Of a stretch of DNA of 64,000 bases, positions 1 to 9,033 are shown one piece after another. Under the pieces are notes generated by a model, which was not told where the DNA came from, did no database searches, and saw nothing but the letters and a program-made list of their open reading frames with translations. This stretch comes from an uncultured Solirubrobacterales bacterium (GTDB lineage Bacteria > Actinomycetota > Thermoleophilia > Solirubrobacterales > 70-9): NCBI GenBank assembly GCA_963699225.1, contig OY969423.1:2032740-2096739 (forward strand), read 5' to 3'. Positions within the stretch are counted from its first letter, which is position 1. Each line of letters starts with the position of its first letter. Position numbers and translations under genes: made by a program.

Positions 1-1
1 C

Positions 2-274
2 TTTACCTACTGGGACTATCGCGCCGGGATGTTCCACCGCGACCTCGGGATGCGGATCGACCTGATCCTGGCCGGTGCCCCGGTCGCCGACCGCGTGCGC
101 GCCGCCTGGGTCGACCGCCAAGCGCGCAAGGGCAAGGGCCCGAGCGACCACGCTCCGGTGATCGTCGACCTCGACGAGGCCCCGGATGGCGACATCGGGC
201 CCGTCGTGCCGCCGCCCTCGGCTCCGGTCACCAAGCGCGGCGCCGTCAAGCTGCCACAGTCGCAGCACAAGTAG
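2..274 (+). CDS. xthA: exodeoxyribonuclease III family (EEP) protein, C-terminal fragment; 5' end outside window
   Basis: The frame is open from the window edge. It reads FTYWDYRAGMFHRDLGMRIDLIL...KGPSDHAPVIVDL, which are C-terminal ExoIII/APE-type motifs (RID, SDHAP). Stop at 272-274. Confidence 0.8.
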   Translation, partial: FTYWDYRAGMFHRDLGMRIDLILAGAPVADRVRAAWVDRQARKGKGPSDHAPVIVDLDEAPDGDIGPVVPPPSAPVTKRGAVKLPQSQHK

Positions 275-314
275 CGATGCGAAGCGACCCCGTTACCGAG
301 AGGAGCAAGTAGCC

Positions 315-863
315 ATGACGACGTACACGGTCGACCTGTTCTCAACCCTGGACGGCTTCGGCTCTGGTCGCGTTGCCTACTGGGGCAAGGAGGGTCCCGA
401 GTTGGTCGAGCAGCGGGCCCAGACCTATGGCAACAAGGATCAGACGCTGGTCTTCGGGGCGAACACCTACCGCCTGTTTCAGAAGTTCGCTCCAGCGGAA
501 GACGATCCGAGCCATACGCCGCTGAACAAGGCGCAAAAGATCGTCATCTCCCGGACGCTGGAGGAGCCGCTGACTTGGGAGAACACAACGCTCATCGCCG
601 ATGACGCCCTCGAGGCCGTTCCACGCCTGAAGGCGGAGTCACCTGTCCCGCTCCGCTCCCACGGCAGCCTCGCAATGAACCACGCACTCCTAGCCGCCGG
701 CCTGGTCGATCGGCTCGAGGTGATGGTGTTCCCCGTCATAGCCGGGGCCTCAGGATCCGATCCGATCTTCGCCGACCTGCCCGATATCGACCTGGAGCTC
801 GTCGACTCACAGGTGTTTGACGGACGCATGCAGCAGCTCGTCTACGTGCCGACTGTCCGCTAG
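315..863 (+). CDS. dihydrofolate reductase-like (RibD C-terminal domain family) protein
   Basis: ATG 315 is preceded by GAGAGGAG. MTTYTVDLFSTLDGF...LRSHGSLAMNHALLAAGLVDRLEVMVFPVIAG fits the RibD_C/DHFR-like pattern (GS..L...L...GLVD...L.V.P...G). Confidence 0.7.
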   Translation: MTTYTVDLFSTLDGFGSGRVAYWGKEGPELVEQRAQTYGNKDQTLVFGANTYRLFQKFAPAEDDPSHTPLNKAQKIVISRTLEEPLTWENTTLIADDALEAVPRLKAESPVPLRSHGSLAMNHALLAAGLVDRLEVMVFPVIAGASGSDPIFADLPDIDLELVDSQVFDGRMQQLVYVPTVR

Positions 864-945
864 GGCAATCAGCCGACTTTCATCCCCACCTCTCTGCTCT
901 CTGCGCGATACGGTCTCCGGCGTGCCGGGGCCGAACGCACTCAAG

Positions 946-2874
946 GTGGCGCTGCTGGGTGCGATGGCGGCACTGGCCGGCCTCTGTGGCAGCGACCCGG
1001 CCAAAGCGGCCTGGAGCGGAGCCGAACAGGTGAAAAGCTACCTCTCGCAGCGCAACGTCAACGCCAGCCTGCTCGACGACGGCACCGCGCAACTCGGCTT
1101 CACCGCGACCACCGCGCCCGGCGGCGCGGGAATGTACGTGTTGAGCCGGCCCCCGGAAGCGGCCGCCTGGACGCCGACCTTCCTTGGCACCGGGCCGCCC
1201 AACGCGAGCTTCGCCTTCGGCCGCGACGGCTCGGCGGCGGTCGTCTTCGAGGGCGCCCAGGAGGGAGGCAAAGACACGGTTTGGGGCATTTATCGCAAAG
1301 CCAGCGGCAGCTGGGGGGCGGTGACCAAGCTCGCGGTCGTGCAGCGCATCGACGCCGGACCGGTGGCGGCGATCGATGACGAAGGCGATGCGGCGGCGAT
1401 CTGGATCGACCGCAGCACCAGCGGCCTGATCGCTCCCGACCGGGTGATGCAGTCGAGCACCTCGACCGGCACCTGGCCGGCGTCGCCGCAACAGCTGGCC
1501 CCGATCGCCGCTCCCGATCCGCAGATCCCCGATGGCGGCGGCGGCTTTGTCTTCGCCAATTGCGGCCCGGGCGTGTTGGGGGCCGCCGTCTTGCCCGACG
1601 GCACGCCGATCGCGGCTTGGGACTCGCCCTACGGCTCTTTCAAGTCGCACGGCACCGAACCGACCCCGTCCGATCAGGAGTGGGCGGTCTGCGGGGTGCA
1701 GATGGCGAAGGCGGGCGGCCCGGTCGTCAACGTGACGCCGCGGCCCGCGATCGGCTGGAACGAGACGCCGTCGAGCGCGATCCCCGACTGGAAGCTGACG
1801 CGGATGAACGTCGACCCGGTGACGGGGGAGGTCGCGCTGATGGCGGTTGGCCTCGATGACGCGCTGAAAACGACCTGTGCTGGCAGCGTTGACTACTGCC
1901 GCCGCACCGATACGCAGCTGCGGATCTCGCTCGGTGGCTCAGGCGGGGTGCCCCACCCGGGAACCCTGCTCGGCTCCAACATCAACGGCATCGCGGCCCT
2001 GCGCAACGGCTTCGTCGCGGTCGCGAGCCAGAACGGCTCGAATCCGCTCGCGGCCGGTGTCGGCGGCTCGATCCCGAGCCTCACCCCGCTTACGCCCGAC
2101 AAGCCGCTCTTCGCCAGCTCCGCGATCGCCCTGGGCCCCGCCGGCGAGGCCCAGCTGCTCACCGCCACCAGCATCCCGACGGGGCTCTGGGGCTACAGCG
2201 CCGGGGCGGGGCAGCAGTTCGGCAGCGGCGTCCAAATCACCACCAATCAGATCCAGACGGTCTCGGCCTCGGTCGATTGCCGCGGCAACGCCTTCGCAGG
2301 CATGGCGACCGGCTCGACCGCCGGCTACCAGGTCCACGTCGCGACCAACCCGTCGGGGGCGTCGAGCGGCATCGGCTGTATCGTTCCTGGCGGCGAAGAA
2401 CCCGGTCCCGAAGAACCCGACCCCAAAGGCCCCGGTCCCTCGGATCCCGGTGCGTTGGGCCCCCCGAACGTCGGCGCCCAGGACCCGCCCCACACCGACC
2501 CCGTGCCCAACACGCTCGGCAACCTCGGCCTGCTCACAGTCCTCCCCGATGGCAAAACCGTGAAGCTCACGGTCGCCTGTTCGGTGGCGGCTGTCACCGG
2601 CTGCTCCGGCACGGTCGGTATCGCCCCCCTGGACGGCGCCCGCATCTCAGCCAGGCCAAAGAAGTCGGTGAGCTACGGCAGCACCAGGTTCGCCGGCATC
2701 GCCCCCGGCGCGAAGAAAACGGTCACGGTCAAGCTCAACGCCAAGGGCAAAGCGGCGCTACGCAAGGCTGGCTCGCTGCGAGTTCTAATCACGGTCGCGA
2801 TCAGCGACGCCCGCAAGGTCACCCGCACCCAGAGCTTGACGAAGAAGCTGAAGCTGCCGCCGAAACGCGGCTGA
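946..2874 (+). CDS. secreted hypothetical protein (large, Gly/Pro-rich linker, beta-rich C-terminal tail)
   Basis: ORF 817-2874. In-frame GTG 946 and ATG 964 precede a signal-like segment, VALLGAMAALAGLCGSDPAKA. The C-terminal tail (KTVKLTVACS...KKTVTVKLNAKGKAAL...) resembles the tails of the 11574-13250 and 32607-33629 products. The start is uncertain. Confidence 0.55.
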   Translation: MALLGAMAALAGLCGSDPAKAAWSGAEQVKSYLSQRNVNASLLDDGTAQLGFTATTAPGGAGMYVLSRPPEAAAWTPTFLGTGPPNASFAFGRDGSAAVVFEGAQEGGKDTVWGIYRKASGSWGAVTKLAVVQRIDAGPVAAIDDEGDAAAIWIDRSTSGLIAPDRVMQSSTSTGTWPASPQQLAPIAAPDPQIPDGGGGFVFANCGPGVLGAAVLPDGTPIAAWDSPYGSFKSHGTEPTPSDQEWAVCGVQMAKAGGPVVNVTPRPAIGWNETPSSAIPDWKLTRMNVDPVTGEVALMAVGLDDALKTTCAGSVDYCRRTDTQLRISLGGSGGVPHPGTLLGSNINGIAALRNGFVAVASQNGSNPLAAGVGGSIPSLTPLTPDKPLFASSAIALGPAGEAQLLTATSIPTGLWGYSAGAGQQFGSGVQITTNQIQTVSASVDCRGNAFAGMATGSTAGYQVHVATNPSGASSGIGCIVPGGEEPGPEEPDPKGPGPSDPGALGPPNVGAQDPPHTDPVPNTLGNLGLLTVLPDGKTVKLTVACSVAAVTGCSGTVGIAPLDGARISARPKKSVSYGSTRFAGIAPGAKKTVTVKLNAKGKAALRKAGSLRVLITVAISDARKVTRTQSLTKKLKLPPKRG

Positions 2875-2986
2875 GCCGCGTCGCCTTGCCACGCTTCCCA
2901 AAGAAGCTTTGGTTGCAGCCCGGCTATCCCAAGTAAAACGCCTAAACCTTTGGTAGCGTCGTTTCCATCCCAAGGATCCCAGGGAC

Positions 2987-4189
2987 ATGAGCGGCGCCTT
3001 CACGAACAACAAAGCGGGCAGGGCCGGGCAGTTCACGCCCGTGCCTTCTGAGTCTGGCGCCTACTCGACGTTCTCGCCGAAGCCCCTTCCACCAGATCCT
3101 CCGCTTGCCATCGATGCGGAGATGCAACGCCTGCTGGATCGGGCGAATCAGGCCTTGGGTCGACTCGACGGCATCACCCTCCTTCTGCCCGACGCTGATC
3201 AGTTCCTCTACAGCTACATCCGCAAGGAGGCGGTGCTTTCCTCGCAGATCGAGGGCACCCAGTCCTCTCTCTCGGATCTGCTCCTCTTTGAGCACGATGT
3301 TGCGCCGGGTGTCCCGGAAGAGGACGTGCGCGAGACCACCAATTACCTCGCCGCGCTCAACCTGGGCCTAAGAACCATGGAGGAGGGCCTTCCTCTCAGT
3401 TTGCGCCTCCTGAAGCAGATTCATGGCGAGCTCTTGCGCGGCACTCGCGGCGGCGCGACTGGCCCGGGCGAGTTCCGTCGAATTCAAAACTGGCTCGGCG
3501 GATCCGAGCCCACGGCGGCTCGCTACGTCCCTCCACCCCCAAACGAGGTGCCGTCCGCCATGGCCGACCTCGAGAAGTTTCTGCACGGCGAGCCCGTGGC
3601 CATGCCCATCCTGATTAGAGCCGCGCTGGCCCACGCCCAGTTCGAGACGATCCACCCATTCCTCGATGGCAACGGTCGACTAGGCCGACTCCTTGTGACG
3701 CTCCTGCTCTGCAGCGAGACCGCTGATGGCGAAGCCCGCGTCCTCTCGCGGCCTCTGCTCTATCTGAGCCTTCACCTGAAGAGCCACCGCGACACCTATT
3801 ACGAACGGCTTCAGGCGATCCGGACCGACGGCGATTGGGAGGGCTGGCTCCGCTTCTTCCTGGAGGGAGTGATCTCAGTCGCCGACCTTGCGAGCGAAAC
3901 CACCAAGCGGATCGTCGAGCTGATCGAGCGAGACAGGAAGCGGATCAGCACCCTCGGCCGCGCGATGGGCTCAGCCCTGCTCGTCTTTGACCACGCTGTC
4001 AGAGAGGTCGTCCTACGAATCCCCGAAACCGCCGAGCAGCTGCCGGTCTCCGAACCGACAGTCGCCACGGCCATCAGCCAACTAGAGCGAATCGGCATCC
4101 TCCGCGAGCTCACCGGCCGCCCCCGCAACAAGATCTTCGCCTACGACGAGTACCTGAAGATCTTGAGCGAGGGGACGGAGCCGCTGTAG
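2987..4189 (+). CDS. Fic family protein (AMPylase-type fold with N-terminal inhibitory helix and C-terminal wHTH-like tail)
   Basis: Fic motif HPFLDGNGRLGRLL (HPFx[DE]GNGR). An inhibitory-helix-like SSQIEG ([ST]xxxE[GN]) lies upstream. 400 aa, with visibly lower GC3 than the core genes. Confidence 0.9.
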   Translation: MSGAFTNNKAGRAGQFTPVPSESGAYSTFSPKPLPPDPPLAIDAEMQRLLDRANQALGRLDGITLLLPDADQFLYSYIRKEAVLSSQIEGTQSSLSDLLLFEHDVAPGVPEEDVRETTNYLAALNLGLRTMEEGLPLSLRLLKQIHGELLRGTRGGATGPGEFRRIQNWLGGSEPTAARYVPPPPNEVPSAMADLEKFLHGEPVAMPILIRAALAHAQFETIHPFLDGNGRLGRLLVTLLLCSETADGEARVLSRPLLYLSLHLKSHRDTYYERLQAIRTDGDWEGWLRFFLEGVISVADLASETTKRIVELIERDRKRISTLGRAMGSALLVFDHAVREVVLRIPETAEQLPVSEPTVATAISQLERIGILRELTGRPRNKIFAYDEYLKILSEGTEPL

Positions 4190-4315
4190 GGCACTGCGCC
4201 GTCGGTGCCGGTAGGCCACTGCGTGTCACGGAAACAAATAGTTCCGAAACAGGATTAGGATCGTCCCTTAACGCTCGGCGGGGAAGCAACCGAGTTAATG
4301 CGAGAGGGAGATCAG

Positions 4316-4618
4316 ATGACCCCAAGTTCTAGACAGGCCACTGTAGTTGCCGTTCTCTATCTCCTCTTGGTGGGAGTGATCGCGGTGGTCGCACTCCACG
4401 AGTACCGGATCGATGACTTCCTCAAGGTTTGGGCTGTACTCGGAACCCTAGTCGGAGTTCTAACGGGCGCCGTCCCGTCCTACTTCTTCGCTGTCTCTGC
4501 GGGGGACGCCAAAGAAAAGCAGGCGAAGGCTGAGGAAAGAGCACAGACGATCCTAGGGGTCGCGGATTCAGACGCTCTTAAAAGGGCGAAAGAACTGCGC
4601 TCCGATCTCTTCAAATAG
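4316..4618 (+). CDS. small membrane protein (two predicted TM helices plus charged helical tail)
   Basis: ATG 4316 follows GAGGGAG with a 6-nt spacer. Hydrophobic segments VVAVLYLLLVGVIAVVAL and VWAVLGTLVGVLTGAVPSYFFAV. The gene ends 30 nt before the KAP NTPase gene. Confidence 0.55.
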   Translation: MTPSSRQATVVAVLYLLLVGVIAVVALHEYRIDDFLKVWAVLGTLVGVLTGAVPSYFFAVSAGDAKEKQAKAEERAQTILGVADSDALKRAKELRSDLFK

Positions 4619-4647
4619 ACCACCGCCCACCAAGCCAACTTCGCACC

Positions 4648-7134
4648 GTGGCGCCTGAGCCAGTGCATTCCGCCTCATCAATTGTGGCTTCGGATCTAAT
4701 TCCGGATCGTGCTCTGCGTGCCGGGGATCCTGATGAATTCGACTACGCCCCTCTTGCAAGTCGGGTTGCAGAGCTTTGCGACGCAGCCGAGACTCCAGTC
4801 AATATCGCTCTCTTCTCTCCTTGGGGCTCGGGTAAGTCGAGCCTCTACTCCCTAATCGAGAGACGGCTGGCTGCACTAGGAGGGCACTCTCGGCTTATCC
4901 GCTACGACGCCTGGCGCTACGGCGGGGATGGACTGCGCCGTAACTTCATCGCCCACGTAGCCCGGGAGTTGCACCTTCCTCACGAGGACCCTCACTACTC
5001 GGAATTCAACCGCGGCCTCTATGAGAATCAGCGACGGGTTTCGCTAACTCTGCCCGGACTTTGGAGTGCACTGCGAAACGCCCGTCTCTGGCCGCTGGTT
5101 GCCTTGGCAGTGTTCCTCGCGGCCGTTGGTGCCCTGCTCGGCGTCGACTCGGTTCTGATCGGCGCTTTGATCTCCACCTTCCTGTTGCTGATCACCGCCC
5201 TGGTCGACGCCGGCAAGGTCGAAATCGAGCAATCCAAGCCCTCCGAGGACGAGGAGTTCTTCTCGCGCTTTACCCGCCTGGTCGAATGGGCGACGGACGA
5301 GAGTGCCCCAGTTCGCGGCGCCCGGGTTCGGGCTGCCGAGCGTTGGGATCGCCTCCGCCAAACCGTGGCCGAGCACGTCGGTCTCTACCGATTGTTGTTT
5401 TGGTGGTCAGAGAAGGTCGAGGCCCGGCCCTATCCGCTGCCCAAGCCAAGGCGCCTGGTGTTCTTCATCGATGAGCTCGACCGCTGCAGTCGCGCCGACA
5501 TCGTCAAGACCCTGAAAGCCCTGCGCACCTTTCTGGACGCAGATCGTTGCGCCTTCATCGTCGCCGCCGATCGTCGTGTGATCGAACAGGCGCTCGGAGA
5601 GGTTGAACAGTCAACCCCATCTGAACCCGAAGTTCCCTACTACTCGAGTGCCGGTGCCTACCTCGACAAGATCTTTCAACACCAGTTGGCCCTTCCGCCG
5701 CTTCAGGGCTCACGCTTGACCAGCTTTGCCGGTGTGCTGGTCGAAAAGCAAATCGCCAGAAGTAAAGATGGGCCTGGCTTTTGGCGTGAGTTGCAGGAGG
5801 CCGGCGAGGGCGACATTCTCGATGACGCTCTCTATGCACTGATCCCCTCTCATGTGCGCAGTCCCCGGCGGGTCAAGGTGCTGCTCAACAACTTCGTAGT
5901 TACGGCCAAGCTCGCAGAAGCGCGCGGCGTTTACGTTCCCGCTCGGGCTCCCGAGGTCGCAAAGCTCGTTGCCCTCCGCACCGAGTTCCCGGTTTTCGCC
6001 GCGGTCCTTTTTCGCGAGCCCCGCCTCGCCAGCTACTGGACTGAGGCCGCGGTTCCTCCCGACCACCGCATTGAACAGGTCCAGAGGTTGATGGCGGAGA
6101 TCGCCGATTCACCTGGCCCCGCTGCCTACATCGACGGTCTCGACCAGACCGGATCAGGGAGCACTTCCGAAGAGCTTTCAACTCGCCATTTCGAAGAGCT
6201 TCGCCGCTACCTCGAGCGCACCGCAGATACCAGCGACCCCGGCCGGGATCTGCTTTATCTAGAGGCGCCGGGGAAGATCTACAACCTCGATCCTGAATTT
6301 GGCGAGCGCCTCGAGCGCGACGCCCCTGATGTGCCGCTCGAGGTGCTTGATTCGCTCTCCGAACAGAACGAGGAGACCAAGCGCAGCGCCGCGCGACTCC
6401 TATCCGACATGGTTCAGACCCTTAGGGGCCCGGAGCGCTCACGGGTGATGACGGTGCTGATGGGTCTCGCCGAGCAGCTCGATCCTCTCGGTACGACCGC
6501 GTGGTATCTCGCCAAGGCGCTGAAGACCTACCGCAGGGCCGAGGAGCTAGACGCCGACCATCTAGTCGGAGCCCTTCGAATCGCCCTTGACGAGGCGCCG
6601 ACGCCGATACCTGGGCGCGAGCTCGTCACTCGGCTCTTCGCCGACCCCCGACTGCTCGAAACGCCCGCCCGGATCGAAAGCGTGGCAAAAATGGCCAGCC
6701 GCCTCTCCGACGCAGAAATCGAACAGCTGTGGACCGCAATCGCGAGCGTCGTCGTGGAGAGTCCTTCAGTTCTAGTGGTGCCTCTGGAAAGGCTCGACGA
6801 AGGGACCGCGCTCGCTCTGATCAATTCCGACCAGATCTGGGGTGCCATACGAGCCGCTGAGGCTGACTACCCCGCTGAGAGGGTTGCTGAGATTTGCGAT
6901 CAGCTGCAACTCGCTGGCCTTTCCGGACCTTCGAAGCCAGAGCTTGCCTTCCGAATCCAGGGCCACCTGCTCGACTGTGAATCGGGGCTTGCTTATCAGG
7001 TGGTGAACCGGTATGCCGACGAGGTCTTCGATGGTCAGGGGGACGACCAGCGGGTCAATGCGCGTGTCCTGCATGCCTGGCGGCACGCCCCGGCTGAGCA
7101 TTGGGAGGAATGGAATGGACGCCTCCGTGTCTGA
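4648..7134 (+). CDS. KAP-family P-loop NTPase with membrane insert (Tmn-like)
   Basis: Walker A SPWGSGKSS (about nt 4816-4839). Two hydrophobic helices, LWPLVALAVFLAAVGALLGV and VLIGALISTFLLLITALV (about 5085-5205), are inserted before Walker B LVFFIDELDRC (about 5455-5487). That insert position is the KAP hallmark. A long helical C-terminal region follows. GTG start. Confidence 0.85.
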   Translation: MAPEPVHSASSIVASDLIPDRALRAGDPDEFDYAPLASRVAELCDAAETPVNIALFSPWGSGKSSLYSLIERRLAALGGHSRLIRYDAWRYGGDGLRRNFIAHVARELHLPHEDPHYSEFNRGLYENQRRVSLTLPGLWSALRNARLWPLVALAVFLAAVGALLGVDSVLIGALISTFLLLITALVDAGKVEIEQSKPSEDEEFFSRFTRLVEWATDESAPVRGARVRAAERWDRLRQTVAEHVGLYRLLFWWSEKVEARPYPLPKPRRLVFFIDELDRCSRADIVKTLKALRTFLDADRCAFIVAADRRVIEQALGEVEQSTPSEPEVPYYSSAGAYLDKIFQHQLALPPLQGSRLTSFAGVLVEKQIARSKDGPGFWRELQEAGEGDILDDALYALIPSHVRSPRRVKVLLNNFVVTAKLAEARGVYVPARAPEVAKLVALRTEFPVFAAVLFREPRLASYWTEAAVPPDHRIEQVQRLMAEIADSPGPAAYIDGLDQTGSGSTSEELSTRHFEELRRYLERTADTSDPGRDLLYLEAPGKIYNLDPEFGERLERDAPDVPLEVLDSLSEQNEETKRSAARLLSDMVQTLRGPERSRVMTVLMGLAEQLDPLGTTAWYLAKALKTYRRAEELDADHLVGALRIALDEAPTPIPGRELVTRLFADPRLLETPARIESVAKMASRLSDAEIEQLWTAIASVVVESPSVLVVPLERLDEGTALALINSDQIWGAIRAAEADYPAERVAEICDQLQLAGLSGPSKPELAFRIQGHLLDCESGLAYQVVNRYADEVFDGQGDDQRVNARVLHAWRHAPAEHWEEWNGRLRV

Positions 7135-8323
7135 GCCCGAAATCGCGATCGCCGATCAGGCCGGAGAGGTGGTGGTGACGATGTTGGCCGGGTTTGACGC
7201 GGCACCGACCGAGGTGCAGTTCGAGGTGCCGCATTTCTGCGAACGGCTGGCGCCGATGCTCGTGCCGTCCTCGGCAGAGTCACTGCAGGAGGGGGTCGTC
7301 CATCGCATCGAAGAGATGCTCGCCGCCGATGAGTGGTCGGCGAGCGATGAGGCATGTGAACGTCACGTACGGCTCTACCGTGTCGCCATGGCCCTGCGCT
7401 CGGTCGAGTCGATCGCCGAGTCGCTTGAAGACGCGCTTCGAAACGACGCAGCGCGGATCCCGACCGAGGGATGGACGCTAGAAATTCTGCGCCGCGCCCG
7501 ACAGCTCGGTGCCGAGGCCCCCAACGCAGCCCGTCAGGCGATCATTGATCAGTTGCCGGCGCGCGATTGGGAGGCCCCCGAGCAGGCCGCCGCCGTGGCT
7601 CGTGCGCGGGCAGAGCTAATCCTCGCCCTCGGCGATGAGGCCGGGGTCTGGCCCTTGAGCCCCGTCGACGCCCGCGCTGCCTTTGAAACCCAAGAGAACC
7701 GCGACGCCCGCGCGGCTCTAATCGCCTGGCTTCGCGCCAAACCTTCGCCGAAGATGGTTCGCACACCCCTGGTCAGCAACGGAGTAAGACACGATGAGCT
7801 TGTCGATGCAGTCGCGACTTGGGCAAGGAAGCAGCCCGAATCATTTCGCACCGAGATCGCCGTGGCCCTGATCTCCCACAAGGTCCGCCGCCGCCGCTCT
7901 CTGAAAGCCGTGGCCGCTGGCGGAATAGATGAGCGCAAGCTCGCTAACTATGCCGGCAAGCGCCTGCGACCGATGCGCCGGGTCGAGGACCGTCGTCCGG
8001 TCGCCGAAACTCTCTCCGGACATATCTTCAAAGACGAGGGGGCTCGCGCCCAGATAGTGCGCCTGATCGCCTTCCTCTTGAGACCCGGAGAACCGAAGGC
8101 GAATATGGAGATCGTTAACGAGCTTCTGTCGGCGCTCGGACAGAAGCTACTCGTTGACCCCGAACCCCTTAGCACCGCGATTCGCCGTGCCCAGAAGCGC
8201 TGGAAGCTGAAGTTGACCGAGAATCAAGGCACGCGCTTGGTCGCACTCGGTGTCAAGATCGAAAAAGGCTGGTTCGGTGAACGGATAGCCAAGCGAGTTT
8301 GGAAACGCTTGCCAAAGCTCTGA
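7115..8323 (+). CDS. hypothetical alpha-helical protein, overlaps the KAP NTPase gene by 20 nt
   Basis: In-frame ATG 7115 (MDASVSEPEIAIADQ...) lies within ORF 7013-8323. It overlaps the 3' end of the KAP gene, suggesting co-translation. No motif recognised. Confidence 0.6.
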   Translation: MDASVSEPEIAIADQAGEVVVTMLAGFDAAPTEVQFEVPHFCERLAPMLVPSSAESLQEGVVHRIEEMLAADEWSASDEACERHVRLYRVAMALRSVESIAESLEDALRNDAARIPTEGWTLEILRRARQLGAEAPNAARQAIIDQLPARDWEAPEQAAAVARARAELILALGDEAGVWPLSPVDARAAFETQENRDARAALIAWLRAKPSPKMVRTPLVSNGVRHDELVDAVATWARKQPESFRTEIAVALISHKVRRRRSLKAVAAGGIDERKLANYAGKRLRPMRRVEDRRPVAETLSGHIFKDEGARAQIVRLIAFLLRPGEPKANMEIVNELLSALGQKLLVDPEPLSTAIRRAQKRWKLKLTENQGTRLVALGVKIEKGWFGERIAKRVWKRLPKL

Positions 8324-8456
8324 TGGAAAATGGAATCGCTACCGATAAAACGGGGCTTCCTCGGAGCAGGCGTCTGATCCCAAGTAGGCGCATGTGGTGG
8401 GCAGTCTTAAGAACCAGAAAGTGTCTACTTGAGGGCAGGATGATTTCTGCACATTT

Positions 8457-8485
8457 TTGATGGGGTAGTGTCCCGTTACTAAACT
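8457..8485 (+). promoter_or_regulatory. candidate sigma70-type promoter for the 8548-10067 gene pair
   Basis: TTGATG (8457-8462), a 17-nt spacer, then TAAACT (8480-8485) in an AT-richer intergenic stretch. It is followed by an inverted repeat, CTCCAAGT/ACTTGGAG (8497-8517), flanked by direct GAGTTCTC copies. Confidence 0.45.
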
Positions 8486-8547
8486 CTTGCTGAGTTCTCC
8501 AAGTCTTATACTTGGAGTTCTCGGTTGGTGTTCGCCTCCGCCCCATC

Positions 8548-9033
8548 ATGCTGCCAATGGCCCTCAGTGACACTGCTGCGATCTCAATGGTCGGAATCGT
8601 CGTCTCCGGCGTCGTTGGGCCCGGAGTCGCCGCGCACTGGGCGCGAACGAGGCAGCGCGACGATCATCAACATGCTCGCGCCCAGAAGGAACTCGATGAT
8701 CTAACTTCGCTGCTCGACGCAGCTGCCGTCACGCTCGCCCCCGGTGTGACGCGGCTGCGACAGGCGAGGTCCGAAGCCGACCCCGACATCGCAATGTGGG
8801 CGACCGAGGTGCACGCGACCTATGAGCGTCTGCTTTTGAGGGTCCCGGTCGGTGACCCTGTCGCCACCAGTTACATGACTGCGCGGGATCGTCTCACCGC
8901 CGTCGCCGCAACTTTCGACGCCTCAGCTTCAGAGGTCGAAGAGAACGAGGCAATCGGATCTTTCGAGGAGGCTCGACTGTCCTACCTAAATGCGGCCCGC
9001 GCTTGCCTCACGAAGAAGGGAGGGGCGATATGA
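8548..9033 (+). CDS. hypothetical protein with N-terminal TM helix
   Basis: ORF 8512-9033. In-frame ATGs at 8548 and 8557. TM-like AAISMVGIVVSGVVGPGVAA. The stop overlaps the next start (ATGA at 9030-9033). The start is uncertain. Confidence 0.5.
   Translation: MLPMALSDTAAISMVGIVVSGVVGPGVAAHWARTRQRDDHQHARAQKELDDLTSLLDAAAVTLAPGVTRLRQARSEADPDIAMWATEVHATYERLLLRVPVGDPVATSYMTARDRLTAVAATFDASASEVEENEAIGSFEEARLSYLNAARACLTKKGGAI

Noticed and set aside
4242-4250. TTCCGAAAC occurs at 4242-4250 and again at 10217-10225, a possible att-type direct repeat delimiting part of the island.
   Set aside because: Nine nucleotides is too short to distinguish from chance in 64 kb. The repeat is not part of the tRNA 3' end, and no integrase is present.
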